Shown one piece after another: positions 40,752-50,886 of a DNA stretch of 64,000 nt. The DNA lies in NCBI GenBank assembly GCA_963823335.1, contig CAWGLD010000006.1, positions 1 to 64,000 on the forward strand, written 5' to 3'. The notes under the pieces are model-generated. The model was not told the DNA's origin. It saw only the letters and a list, made by a program, of their open reading frames with translations, and searched no databases. The DNA comes from an uncultured delta proteobacterium. Its GTDB lineage: Bacteria > Desulfobacterota > Desulfobacteria > Desulfobacterales > B30-G6. Each line of letters opens with the position of its first letter. The stretch's first letter is position 1. The translations under genes were made by a program, and so were the position numbers.

Positions 40752-40808
40752 TTCTAAATCCGAATATCGAAATACGAAACAAATCCAAATATCGAATGCT
40801 CAAATGAC
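40752..40808. repeat. Degenerate heptamer tandem array inside the vor operon
   Basis: AAATCCG AATATCG AAATACG AAAC AAATCCA AATATCG AATGCTC AAATGAC. Confidence 0.55.
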
Positions 40809-40819
40809 GGAATAAATGA

Positions 40820-41563
40820 TCAGGCCGCTTCCGGGGTCTTGTATTCACCCAAGGGATAATAGGGCAACATGGTGTCTTCCGCCCATTTGATTGCATCAAC
40901 CGGTGTCAAGCCCCAGTTGGTTGGACAGGTGCTGACCAGTTCCACCAGACTGAAGCAGCGCCCTTCCATCTGGTATTGAAAGGCCTGTTTGATGGCTTTT
41001 TTAGCCTTGACAATATGCTTGGGTTTCAAGACAGCCTGCCTGACGATATATGCGGGTGTCTGCAAAGCAGCAATCAGCTCCGCTACCTTGATGGGCATAC
41101 CCACATCGTCAACATCACGACCGAAAGGTGATGTCGTTGTCCGCTGGTTCGGCATGCTTGTGGGGGCCATTTGCCCACCGGTCATTCCGTAAATAGCGTT
41201 GTTCACGAAAATAGTGGTGAATTTTTCTCCCCGGTTGGCGGCGTGGATGATTTCACCCATGCCGATACTCGCCAGATCGCCGTCTCCCTGGTATGTAAAT
41301 ACCATGAGGTCCGGTCGGACCCGTTTAATGCCGGTAGCCATTGCCGGCGCCCGGCCGTGCGCCGCCTCTTGAAAATCGAATGTGAAGTAATTATATGCAA
41401 GTACGGCACAACCCACGGGAGCGATACCGACGGTACGCCCCCTGATACCCAATTCATCGATAACTTCCGCCACCAGTCTGTGAATGACACCATGTGTGCA
41501 TCCCGGGCAGTAATGGGTTATCTGATCGGATAGTGCTTCGGGTTTTGTAAATGTTTTTCCCAT
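40820..41563 (-). CDS. 2-oxoacid:ferredoxin oxidoreductase beta (TPP-binding) subunit
   Basis: YCPGCTHG, PVGC, YQGDGD..NNAIYGMTGGQ, CPTNWG. Confidence 0.92.
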   Translation of the reverse strand: MGKTFTKPEALSDQITHYCPGCTHGVIHRLVAEVIDELGIRGRTVGIAPVGCAVLAYNYFTFDFQEAAHGRAPAMATGIKRVRPDLMVFTYQGDGDLASIGMGEIIHAANRGEKFTTIFVNNAIYGMTGGQMAPTSMPNQRTTTSPFGRDVDDVGMPIKVAELIAALQTPAYIVRQAVLKPKHIVKAKKAIKQAFQYQMEGRCFSLVELVSTCPTNWGLTPVDAIKWAEDTMLPYYPLGEYKTPEAA

Positions 41564-41641
41564 AATGTCAACTCCTTTTGCAATACGGACAATCCGTCGA
41601 TTGAAATCTGTCTGTATTCATTCCCGCAGGTATATGCGAAG

Positions 41642-42709
41642 TTATAGCAATGTGTGGATAAATTCCGTCACTTCTTCCGGGGTGGGAACGTCACCTCCGC
41701 ATTTGCCATACCAGTGAACAGGTCTTCTTCCCTGAACCGATATTTGAATATCTTCAATCATCTGCCCCATGCTCATTTCAACACTCGCCACGGTCTTGCA
41801 GGATTTCTTTTCGGCGGCGGCCAAAACTTGCTTTTCCGGGAAGGGAAAGAGTGTCTGGGGCCTGACCATGCCTACTTCGATACCTTCATTTTTCAGATTG
41901 TCTATAGCTGTCCGGCACACACGACTCATGGTACCATAGCTGACGATGAGTACCTGGTAGTCTGTGTCGGTGTTGTAGGTTTCGAAGCGGACCTCCTCTC
42001 GTTTCATCTGGTCATATTTGGCCTTCAATGCCAGGTTGTGCTGATTGAGCGCTTCTGGATCCAGAAAAAGTGATTTGACAAGATTCCGCTGACTACTGCC
42101 GCGGTGATCCATACCATTGGTTGCCCAGGTATCTTTGTTGGTGGCATCTGTTTTGAGATCGTCGAAAAATTCAACGGGTTCCATCATTTGACCAATGAGT
42201 CCGTCTCCCAGAATCATGACCGGGTTTCTGTATTTTTCAGCCAGGGGAAATGCCTTCATCACCATGGTTACGGCTTCCTGAACACTTGCCGGGGCCATGA
42301 CCAGCAATCGAAAATCACCATGCCCCATGCCTTTGGTGGCCTGAAGGTAGTCTGCCTGTGATGGCAGGATTCCTCCCAGTCCCGGGCCGCCCCGCATAAT
42401 ATTGACAAAAACCGCAGGGCACTGAGCACCTGCTATATAGCTGATGCCCTCGCTCATAAGGCTGATTCCCGGGCTCGACGAGGTTGTGAAAACACGGGCG
42501 CCGGCAGCAGATGCGCCGAAAATCATATAAGAGACGGCCACTTCGCTTTCACCCTGCAGAAAAACCCCGCCCACCTCTTTCATCCTTCGGGCGAGATATT
42601 CAGCCACTTCCGATTGCGGTGTAATGGGATATGCAAAATAATTCAAGCATCCTGCCCGAATGGCCGCTTCTCCAATTGCTTCATTACCTTTCATTAAAAC
42701 CTTAGCCAT
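41642..42709 (-). CDS. vorB: 2-oxoisovalerate (3-methyl-2-oxobutanoate):ferredoxin oxidoreductase alpha-type subunit
   Basis: MKGNEAIGEAA, YPITPQSE, TSSSPGISL, RGGPGLG, VEMSMGQM. Confidence 0.85.
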   Translation of the reverse strand: MAKVLMKGNEAIGEAAIRAGCLNYFAYPITPQSEVAEYLARRMKEVGGVFLQGESEVAVSYMIFGASAAGARVFTTSSSPGISLMSEGISYIAGAQCPAVFVNIMRGGPGLGGILPSQADYLQATKGMGHGDFRLLVMAPASVQEAVTMVMKAFPLAEKYRNPVMILGDGLIGQMMEPVEFFDDLKTDATNKDTWATNGMDHRGSSQRNLVKSLFLDPEALNQHNLALKAKYDQMKREEVRFETYNTDTDYQVLIVSYGTMSRVCRTAIDNLKNEGIEVGMVRPQTLFPFPEKQVLAAAEKKSCKTVASVEMSMGQMIEDIQISVQGRRPVHWYGKCGGDVPTPEEVTEFIHTLL

Positions 42710-42728
42710 TTTGGTCCTCCGGATTTTC

Positions 42729-42956
42729 TCAATCGGTTGTATTCTCAACTGATTCTACAATGGTTATGGCGACGTCCGGACACATTCGGCAACACGTTGC
42801 ACAGAATATACAATCCTCGGGTCGTGCCTGATAGGCAGGAAAATAACCCTTGGGGCTGACATCCGTGGCAATTTCCAGAACGTCTTTAGGACAGACGGTT
42901 ACGCACAAAGCACATCCTTTGCAGCGTTCTTCATCGATTGAATACTGATAAGTCAT
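42729..42956 (-). CDS. 2x[4Fe-4S] ferredoxin delta subunit
   Basis: CKGCALCVTVCP and CIFCATCCRMCP. Confidence 0.92.
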   Translation of the reverse strand: MTYQYSIDEERCKGCALCVTVCPKDVLEIATDVSPKGYFPAYQARPEDCIFCATCCRMCPDVAITIVESVENTTD

Positions 42957-42969
42957 CTTTCGAACTCCT

Positions 42970-43683
42970 TCATGTAAGGTCTTCAGCTTGCAGCCACGGG
43001 GGTACGAGCTGTCGTTTTATGGTCAGCAGAGGACATGAAAACCGGGTCATGTCGTTGGTCTTTTGGAGCGTATCCGGAACCGTGATGAATTCAACCGGCA
43101 AGCCGCTTTGGTCTGCCAGACGCAGAATAAAATCATATCCATGCCGGATGTGTTCCATGGTTGTATCCTGCATCATGTTGGCATTGCTGACAATTCCGGT
43201 TATTTTCATCTTGGAAGTCATCTCGATCTCGGCTCGAATTTTTTCGCAACCTTTCAACGTGTCGGTATACGGTCTGAAAGGGTTTACAACCTGAAGCACC
43301 TTTGTCCGCCTGCTTTTAAAGGACGCTGATAGTGCTGCAAGAACCGTTGCGCCTACGCCATCTCCCCCGACATCGAGTATGGCCAGAATGTTTTTTGTCC
43401 GAATCATTGCGGCGACACCCGGTGTGAGTATCGGCAAATCAGCCTTCATATAATGCTCCTGCGGCAGAATCACATCAATGCCGAGCATCCGCAGCTGCTT
43501 ACGGGCCTCCCTGGTTCTGAAGTACGGATTTACCAGATCGAGATCAGCCACCTGAACGACCTTTCCGGCCAGTTTTTCCATCACTGCCAGATTTATGGAA
43601 ACCTCGGTCTTACCACTGCCGTAATTTCCGACAATGACAACGATATCGTTGTAATCGATAAAATTTCTAGGGTCTTGATTCAT
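42970..43683 (-). CDS. P-loop NTPase-like conserved hypothetical protein at the head of the vor operon
   Basis: VGNYGSGKTE, ADLDLVNPYFRTRE, LDVGGD, NPFRP. Confidence 0.75.
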   Translation of the reverse strand: MNQDPRNFIDYNDIVVIVGNYGSGKTEVSINLAVMEKLAGKVVQVADLDLVNPYFRTREARKQLRMLGIDVILPQEHYMKADLPILTPGVAAMIRTKNILAILDVGGDGVGATVLAALSASFKSRRTKVLQVVNPFRPYTDTLKGCEKIRAEIEMTSKMKITGIVSNANMMQDTTMEHIRHGYDFILRLADQSGLPVEFITVPDTLQKTNDMTRFSCPLLTIKRQLVPPWLQAEDLT

Positions 43684-43945
43684 GAGATACGGTCTTGCCA
43701 AATATAAATGATCGGTGTTTTACCACAAAACAGTGGTAAAATTCAAAAGACTCTCTTTCTTATTTTCAAATGCCTGGCGTGTCAAGGGTTTTAAAGAAGA
43801 AAACATTTTCTCTTTTTATATACTTTCTGCTATGTTAAGCTTTTCTAATTTCGGAAAAGACCCGTGCTTGCAATGAGGTTTCATCAAGGGAATTCTTTTG
43901 TCGACCATGCCTTTTAACGCAAACCCAACCACGGCTCTGTAAAGG

Positions 43946-45139
43946 ATGCCCGGATATATGAAACGTGTTCAAACTGGTATCGAGACTTTTTTATCAGCAC
44001 CCCCACGATGGATCAAGGGCCAGCGAATCGGACTTTTGTGCAATCCAGCATCTGTGGATTCTGATTTTCACCATTCCCGTCTGCTGATCGAAGACAGGTT
44101 TCCCGGACAGATCACGGCCTTGTTTTTCCCTCAGCACGGGCTGTTTTCAGAAAAACAGGACAATATGGTGGAATCAGAGGATGTTGTCGACCCTGTTTTA
44201 AATGTGCCCGCATTCAGCCTGTATGGTAAAACGCGTTGTCCAGACCAAGACATGTACGATTTGATCGATACACTCATTATCGACCTACAGGATGTTGGAA
44301 CGCGGGTATACACATTCACATCCACCCTTTCCTATTGTATGGAGGCCGCCCGGCGATACGACAAAAGCATTTTTGTCCTGGATCGCCCGAATCCTCTGGG
44401 GGGTGTCAAAATCGAAGGAAACTGTCTGACAGATCCCTGTCGCTCTTTTGTTGGGCGCTACCCGATTCCCATGCGTCATGGAATGACCATTGCTGAATAT
44501 GCAGGAATGATCAACGATTATTTCAACATCGGTTGCGAACTTCACGTATCTCCCATGAAAGGCTGGAAAAGACCCATGCTTTTCGAAGATACAGGGCTTC
44601 CCTGGATTGCACCTTCACCCAACCTGCCAACGCCGGCGTCCGCCATTGTCTACCCTGGCCAGGTGATATGGGAAGGCACCAATGTTTCGGAAGGCAGGGG
44701 CACGACCCAACCATTTGAGTGTTTTGGTGCGCCCTATATCGAACCGGAAAAATTGCTGTCCCATATCGATATCCATGATCTGCCCGGTGTGATCTTTCGC
44801 GAAACAGCTTTTGAACCTACTTCCAACAAGTGGCAAGGGTTCCTATGCAGGGGACTGCACATTCACGTTACGGATGCTGCAGCTTACAAACCCTATGAAA
44901 CCAGTCTCTTGCTACTGCACGCAGTTATCACAAACCACAAAAAATCTTTTCAATGGAAAGACCCGCCTTACGAGTACGAATTTGAAAAATTACCCATCGA
45001 TCTGATTGTCGGTGATTCCGGCGTCCGCAGACAAATCGAAGACCTACATGATCCATTAGAAATATTTGACTCGTGGAAACCGGCCCTGGAACAGTTTAAT
45101 TCTTTTAGCAAGCGCTATTATCTATATGGATATGAATAA
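43946..45139 (+). CDS. namZ: Exo-beta-N-acetylmuramidase NamZ family (DUF1343)
   Basis: PQHGL, SLYG, DLQDVGTRVYTF, LDRPNPLGG, RHGMT, SPNLP, EGTNVSEGRGTT. Confidence 0.88.
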   Translation: MPGYMKRVQTGIETFLSAPPRWIKGQRIGLLCNPASVDSDFHHSRLLIEDRFPGQITALFFPQHGLFSEKQDNMVESEDVVDPVLNVPAFSLYGKTRCPDQDMYDLIDTLIIDLQDVGTRVYTFTSTLSYCMEAARRYDKSIFVLDRPNPLGGVKIEGNCLTDPCRSFVGRYPIPMRHGMTIAEYAGMINDYFNIGCELHVSPMKGWKRPMLFEDTGLPWIAPSPNLPTPASAIVYPGQVIWEGTNVSEGRGTTQPFECFGAPYIEPEKLLSHIDIHDLPGVIFRETAFEPTSNKWQGFLCRGLHIHVTDAAAYKPYETSLLLLHAVITNHKKSFQWKDPPYEYEFEKLPIDLIVGDSGVRRQIEDLHDPLEIFDSWKPALEQFNSFSKRYYLYGYE

Positions 45140-45809
45140 AAAAACCGCCGACTGGGCACGAATGCGATTCAAAAAAAACAAGGTCTGGGTGTCCCTGGAT
45201 CCATCCGGGCAGCCAAATATCGAAGATGGTAAGGTGTTGATCAAATACCAGTTGGATCAGTCCCATGAATACAGGGTCCATAGCAATCAGGTACAGCCAT
45301 TGGAATCCGCAGGCACATCAAGGGTAATTGAGAATGGTCGAACGTCCGTCTCCCCCGTGAAGGCCACATCGAAACAATGTTATAAAAATGGTGCAAAAGA
45401 TGGTGTCGTCCACGTTTATACAGACGGGGCCTCTTCCGGCAATCCAGGCCCGTCTGGGATCGGGGTGTTGCTCCGTTATGGTGACCATGAAAAGGAGATT
45501 TCAACATATATCGGTATTGCAACCAATAACATTGCTGAACTGGAGGCGATTCGGGTCGGGCTTTCCCTCATCAGAAATCCTGCCCTGCCCGTTCGGGTTT
45601 ATACGGACAGTTCTTATGCCCAGGGGCTGCTTGCCAAGGGTTGGAAGGCCAGTAAAAACAAGGAACTCGTTGCCGATATCCGTAAAATACTGTCAGAATT
45701 TCATGACATTGTATTTGTCAAAGTCAAAGGGCATTCCGGTGATGCAGGAAATGAGCGGGTAGATGGTCTGGCTACCGATGCAATTGCACGGGAGAAGAGA
45801 AATAGGTAA
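45126..45809 (+). CDS. rnhA: Ribonuclease HI with N-terminal extension domain
   Basis: VYTDGASSGNPGPSG, TNNIAELEAI, YTDSSY, KVKGHSG..NERVD. Confidence 0.88.
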   Translation: MDMNKKTADWARMRFKKNKVWVSLDPSGQPNIEDGKVLIKYQLDQSHEYRVHSNQVQPLESAGTSRVIENGRTSVSPVKATSKQCYKNGAKDGVVHVYTDGASSGNPGPSGIGVLLRYGDHEKEISTYIGIATNNIAELEAIRVGLSLIRNPALPVRVYTDSSYAQGLLAKGWKASKNKELVADIRKILSEFHDIVFVKVKGHSGDAGNERVDGLATDAIAREKRNR

Positions 45810-45842
45810 GAGCGCTGCCTCATGTGGGCAGCGCTCTTTTTT
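45808..45842. terminator. Intrinsic terminator between convergent genes
   Basis: AAGAGCGCTGCC..GGCAGCGCTCTTTTTT. Confidence 0.75.
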
Positions 45843-45867
45843 GAACCGCAGTAGTGAAGCAGATCTG

Positions 45868-46149
45868 TTACTTGTCAGATTTCAGACTTTCGATTTCTTT
45901 TTTCAAATCGTCGATTTCTTTTTTGTAGACTTCTGTGTCTCCTGAATCGGGTTCGGCGCCCAATGATGAATCATCTTTTTTCCAGCTGTCTTTCATTTCA
46001 TCAAATCCTAGATAAATAGCCAAGCCACCCCCCAGCAAAAGCATTACGGGAATAGCGCCTGCTAAAAGCTGCAGGAACTCTCCAAACCAGACGGAAAGAC
46101 CAATAAGTCCCAAAACAGCTGCAACTGCACCACCAATTAACGTTTTCAT
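45868..46149 (-). CDS. Small two-TM membrane protein with coiled-coil tail (MamI-like pattern)
   Basis: AGGAGG RBS; two hydrophobic helices followed by a charged tail. Confidence 0.75.
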   Translation of the reverse strand: MKTLIGGAVAAVLGLIGLSVWFGEFLQLLAGAIPVMLLLGGGLAIYLGFDEMKDSWKKDDSSLGAEPDSGDTEVYKKEIDDLKKEIESLKSDK

Positions 46150-46512
46150 GAATTGTCACCCTCCTTTAATATCCATTGGTTTTTAGCTTCGATCTATGTT
46201 TAAGGCTTAATGTAAACCAAGACGCAAGTAATGAATGATATATCAAATAGTTATTGTGAATATATCCACACGTTTCAGTAGTAAAAAAAAATATCATATC
46301 GTCTGGGCTAACGCAAGCGTATTTTTCAATTTAATCACAACGCAGGCATACGTCATTCTCTTTTTAGATATTGCAAAGGTTCAACTGTTTTGTTATTTTT
46401 CCAATAAATGTGTCGATATACACGGGCGCTAGCATAGCCCCTGAAAGAACACGGTTTCTCAAGGCCATGTCCCGGAGAAACTGCTATTATAAAGAGGAAA
46501 GCAAAAGGTGTT

Positions 46513-49146
46513 ATGATAAATAGACGCAACAACATCAAATCAAAATCTATCTGGCGCAGAATGACAGATGCTATTCTCAAAGGCACACATCAGCACTATT
46601 TGTGCTACCTTCCATCCCGCAAAGGTTTTTTTTCATCCTGGCTTTTGAAACGTTTTTTTTCAGGCATCGAAAGCCATCAGCAGCAGATTCAGATATTGAA
46701 GGCTATACCGGAAAATGCCACGATTGTTTACCTGAATAAGTTTCAGAGTTATTTTGAATTTTTATTTTATCATACGCGCCATATTGAAAACAGGCTCCCG
46801 GTTCCCGAACTGGGTTTCAATTACCGCATCCTGATTTTTCAGCCCCTATCACGGGTACTGCGTGTTCTATTTGCCAGATTTGATTTTCTGCTTCTGAAGT
46901 GGAAACTGCCCAATCCATATCGAGATGGTTATTTTCACAAAGAGTTGTCCCAGGGCAAAAGTGCTTTCCTGTCACTGGTTGACAAAAAGGGGTTTTACAA
47001 ACGCTTTGTCAAGGCGCAGGCCGATCCGATTTACCACCTGATTGAAATGCAGCACAATTCGGAACTGGAGATTTATATTGTGCCCCTTTTGATGTCATTC
47101 GGTAAAAAGCCATTGCGCTCAATTCCGACTATCATGGATATACTGTTGGGGCCTGAGGCCAAGCCCGGGATTCTGCGTAGACTGACAACCTTGTTTAAAA
47201 ACCCGAAAAAGGTATTTTATGAAGTTTCCAACCCGTTGAGTCTGCGGCAGTTCCTGCAAAGCCCGGAAGTAAAAGACATGTCCATGGATCATCAGGCGCT
47301 GATACTCAGACGGAACCTTCTTCTGCAGATCAACAAACACCGGCAGAGCATTACCGGTCCCATGAAAAAATCCATTGAGGAATTAAAAGAAAGCATCCTG
47401 ACAAGCGATCGTCTGAAAGACTACCTTGATGAGCACGCCATGAAACGCAATCTGCCCATCTCAAAAGTTCGCAGGCAGGCAGATGCCTACATCGATGAAA
47501 TTGCATGCAAACAAAATCCAGGGCTTATTCGGTTTGCTGAAATTATCATTGGATGGGTTCTGAACACGATGTTTCAAGGGGTATCCTACAATGAAGAGGG
47601 ATTACAACACATCAAGGCGATATCACAGAAAGGACCGATTATTTTTGTGCCCTGCCACAAGAGTCATGTTGATTATCTGATGCTGCCGTATTTAATGTAC
47701 CGCAACAATATGGCGGTTCCTTATATCGCTGCAGGCGCCAACCTTTCCTTCTGGCCAGTCGGGCCAATTTTCAGGGCTTTGGGCGCTTTTTTTCTCAGAA
47801 GGACTTTTCGGGGAAATGTCCTCTACGCCAAGGTCTTTTCAGAATACATTCACCGGGTGCTTTTAGAGGGCTACAACATAAAGATATTCATAGAGGGTAC
47901 TCGCAGCAGAACCGGTAAACTCATCATGCCCAAACTCGGCTTTCTTTCGATCCTGATGAATGCCTATAAAAACGGGGCCTGTGACGATCTTGTTTTTGCC
48001 CCTATCTACATCGGTTATGACCATGTTCTGGAGGAAAAATCCTATTTACACGAAATTGAAGGCGGAAAAAAAGAACCGGAAAGTTTTTTACAGGTAGTCA
48101 GTGCCAGAAAATTGTTAAAGAACCGTTACGGCAAGATATATATAAAATTCCATCCGACCATCTCGCTCAACAATCTTCTTGAAAAAGAGGGTACGTGTTT
48201 TGACGAGATGCTGACCAAAGACCAGAATGCCCTGTGCCGTAATCTGGGGCATCGCATCATCAATGCCATCAATACCGTGACCGTTATTACCCCTCATGCT
48301 TTGGTGGCCAGCGTGCTGTTGAACATTACCAAAGAAAGGCTGTCCTATGACGATGTGTTGCGCTATGTTGAGATCTACGTGCAGCATGTCACACAACAAA
48401 ATGCAGATATCGCCGACACCCTTGTAATGGACCACGTCCATGCGGTGGAGAATGTTCTCGAAGATTATACCGGTCGAAAGTTGATTGAAAGAATCGACGA
48501 AAACAAGGATGGTCCCCTTTCCGAAGCCACGTACAAAGTCAATATTTCCAAACGCCCTGTTCTGGAATACTATAAAAACAACTGCATCTCCTTTTTTGTG
48601 CCGGCAGCTTTCACCGCCCTGGCAATTCTGGAAAAAGACGCTTTCCAATTTTCCGCCTCGGAGCTCCAGAAAGTTTATCTGTTTTTACAGGATTTCTTTA
48701 AATACGAATTTGCTTTTGACCTGGACAAGGCACCAGATTACTTTCTTCGTAAAACCATCAAGTCGTTTATAGACGATGCCATCATCATCCCCCATCCAAC
48801 ACTCCCGGAAACTTACAATATAACCTCGGCCGGTTTTAGGAAGCTGAAAAATTACTCCCAGTTTTTAAAAACCTATTTTGAGTCCTACTGGATCGTTCTC
48901 AGCTATTTCCGCAAAAGTCCTCAAAATGAAAACACTACCAAGGACAAGCTCAAGAAAATACAAACCCATGGTAGCAGACTGTATAAAAACAAAGAGATCG
49001 ATCTGATTGAATCGCTGTCAAAAATCAATTATATGAACGGGATCAATTTTTTTACTACCCATAATGTGAAAGGTGCGGAGGATGGCGAAGCAATCGAATT
49101 CTATACAGACATCATCCAAAAATATCTGGGCCGTATCAATCACTAG
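46513..49146 (+). CDS. plsB: Glycerol-3-phosphate acyltransferase, PlsB family
   Basis: PCHKSHVDY (HxxxxD), GAFFLRR, FIEGTRSRTGK, LEYYKNN. Confidence 0.87.
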   Translation: MINRRNNIKSKSIWRRMTDAILKGTHQHYLCYLPSRKGFFSSWLLKRFFSGIESHQQQIQILKAIPENATIVYLNKFQSYFEFLFYHTRHIENRLPVPELGFNYRILIFQPLSRVLRVLFARFDFLLLKWKLPNPYRDGYFHKELSQGKSAFLSLVDKKGFYKRFVKAQADPIYHLIEMQHNSELEIYIVPLLMSFGKKPLRSIPTIMDILLGPEAKPGILRRLTTLFKNPKKVFYEVSNPLSLRQFLQSPEVKDMSMDHQALILRRNLLLQINKHRQSITGPMKKSIEELKESILTSDRLKDYLDEHAMKRNLPISKVRRQADAYIDEIACKQNPGLIRFAEIIIGWVLNTMFQGVSYNEEGLQHIKAISQKGPIIFVPCHKSHVDYLMLPYLMYRNNMAVPYIAAGANLSFWPVGPIFRALGAFFLRRTFRGNVLYAKVFSEYIHRVLLEGYNIKIFIEGTRSRTGKLIMPKLGFLSILMNAYKNGACDDLVFAPIYIGYDHVLEEKSYLHEIEGGKKEPESFLQVVSARKLLKNRYGKIYIKFHPTISLNNLLEKEGTCFDEMLTKDQNALCRNLGHRIINAINTVTVITPHALVASVLLNITKERLSYDDVLRYVEIYVQHVTQQNADIADTLVMDHVHAVENVLEDYTGRKLIERIDENKDGPLSEATYKVNISKRPVLEYYKNNCISFFVPAAFTALAILEKDAFQFSASELQKVYLFLQDFFKYEFAFDLDKAPDYFLRKTIKSFIDDAIIIPHPTLPETYNITSAGFRKLKNYSQFLKTYFESYWIVLSYFRKSPQNENTTKDKLKKIQTHGSRLYKNKEIDLIESLSKINYMNGINFFTTHNVKGAEDGEAIEFYTDIIQKYLGRINH

Positions 49147-49155
49147 ATACCCAAA

Positions 49156-50886
49156 ATGAAAGCACTGATCCTTGCCGCCGGCTTTGGCGAGCGACTGAAA
49201 CCGTATACATGTCGCACGCCCAAGCCACTTTTCACCATATCGAAGCAGCCACTGCTGGACAGGGTTATCCGTAAGCTGTTGTCTGCCGGTATTTCGCATA
49301 TCATGGTGAATACCCATCATCTTCACCACCAGATTGAACGATATCTGTTGTCCCAGTCATATCCCATCCCTGTCACGACAGCGTATGAACCGGAAATTCT
49401 GGGTACGGGTGGCGCTATTAAAAATCTAAGCCATTTCTGGGGTGATGAATCCTTTATGGTTGTCAATAGCGATATCCTGTTCGATACGGATCTTGAAGCC
49501 CTTTGCTGCTTTCATAAGAAAGAATGTGCGCTTGCAACACTCATGTTGTACGACCATACCATGTTCAATCAGGTGTGGGTCGGCCCGCAGAACCGCCTTT
49601 TAGGTTTCGGTTCGGGAAAGCGGCCCCCAGGGGCCCACAAAAAACAACTGACATTCACTGGAATTCAGATCATTGATCCACAGCTCCTGGAGTTTATTCC
49701 AGCGAAGCGGTTTTACAGTATCATTGATGCCTATAAAGTCGCTTTGGCGGAAAGAAAGGAGATCCGGGCCTACATTCCAAAGCGACTTGTCTGGACAGAC
49801 ATCGGATCTCCGGAACGCTACCGGGAGGCAGCCTGCCAGACAATGGCCCGGGAGGCCCTTGCTCGGCAGACAGGTCAGGACAATGTTCCCAAAATAGATA
49901 TGCAACAACTGGCCGGGGATGGATCGGATCGACTATGGTATCGCTGCACGGCAGCAGGCTCCAGCATCATCATGGTCGATCACGGCATTCGGACAGGATC
50001 TGAAACACAAGAAGTCGACTCCTTTATTCGTATCGGCAAGCATCTGTCCGCCAAAGGCGTGGCCGTGCCCTGCATAATCCTGTCCGATCCATTCGCGGGG
50101 CTGGTCTTTCTTGAAGATCTGGGAGACCTTCATCTTCAGGAAAAAGTGTTGCAGAATAAAACAGACATTGATCTGATCCTGTCCCTGTATCGTTCGGTGA
50201 TCGATAAACTTGTGCACATGGCATTGGCAGGGAGGCAGGGGTTCGACCCTGAATGGACCTGGCAAAGCGCAACATATGACCATGCTATTGTTATAGAAAA
50301 GGAATGCCGTTATTTTGTGGAGGCTTTCCTGAACGGATATCTGCAGCTGGCGCTTAGTTTTGAAGAGTTTAAGGACGAGTTTGTGTTTCTTGCCGATAGC
50401 GTTGCCAACTGTACGGAGATCGGCTTTATGCACAGGGACATGCAGTCCCGCAATATCATGATCCATCAGGATCGTTGCTTTATCATCGATTTTCAAGGCG
50501 CAAGGACAGGCCCGCTTCAGTACGACCTGGCATCTCTGCTGCTGGACCCCTATGTTGCGCTTTCCCCAAAAACCGTGAAAATACTTTATGACTATTATGT
50601 GAAATGTCTATCGGCACACGGGACCATAGATGCGGCTGTGTTTCGGAACGGATTTGAGACCTGTGCGATAACGCGCAACCTGCAAATCCTGGGAGCTTTT
50701 GGACATCTGTCCAGGAACAAAGGCAAAACCCATTTTGAAGCATACATACCCGGGGCCTTGCAGACGCTTCGGAAAAACCTCGATGGCTATCATGCGCACG
50801 ATCGTTTAGCGGGTCTGCGCAAGGTCGTTCAAATGGCGGAAAGGAAATTGAAGGAGAACCCATGCCCCAAATCAACCTTATGGTAA
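49156..50886 (+). CDS. MurU-like nucleotidyltransferase fused to AmgK-like sugar kinase (APH fold)
   Basis: N-terminal LAAGFGERLKP..PKPL, EILGTGG, WTDIGS; C-terminal LAGDGSDR, LEDLGD, HRDMQSRN, IIDFQGA, YDLASLL, RNLQILGAF. Confidence 0.85.
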   Translation: MKALILAAGFGERLKPYTCRTPKPLFTISKQPLLDRVIRKLLSAGISHIMVNTHHLHHQIERYLLSQSYPIPVTTAYEPEILGTGGAIKNLSHFWGDESFMVVNSDILFDTDLEALCCFHKKECALATLMLYDHTMFNQVWVGPQNRLLGFGSGKRPPGAHKKQLTFTGIQIIDPQLLEFIPAKRFYSIIDAYKVALAERKEIRAYIPKRLVWTDIGSPERYREAACQTMAREALARQTGQDNVPKIDMQQLAGDGSDRLWYRCTAAGSSIIMVDHGIRTGSETQEVDSFIRIGKHLSAKGVAVPCIILSDPFAGLVFLEDLGDLHLQEKVLQNKTDIDLILSLYRSVIDKLVHMALAGRQGFDPEWTWQSATYDHAIVIEKECRYFVEAFLNGYLQLALSFEEFKDEFVFLADSVANCTEIGFMHRDMQSRNIMIHQDRCFIIDFQGARTGPLQYDLASLLLDPYVALSPKTVKILYDYYVKCLSAHGTIDAAVFRNGFETCAITRNLQILGAFGHLSRNKGKTHFEAYIPGALQTLRKNLDGYHAHDRLAGLRKVVQMAERKLKENPCPKSTLW

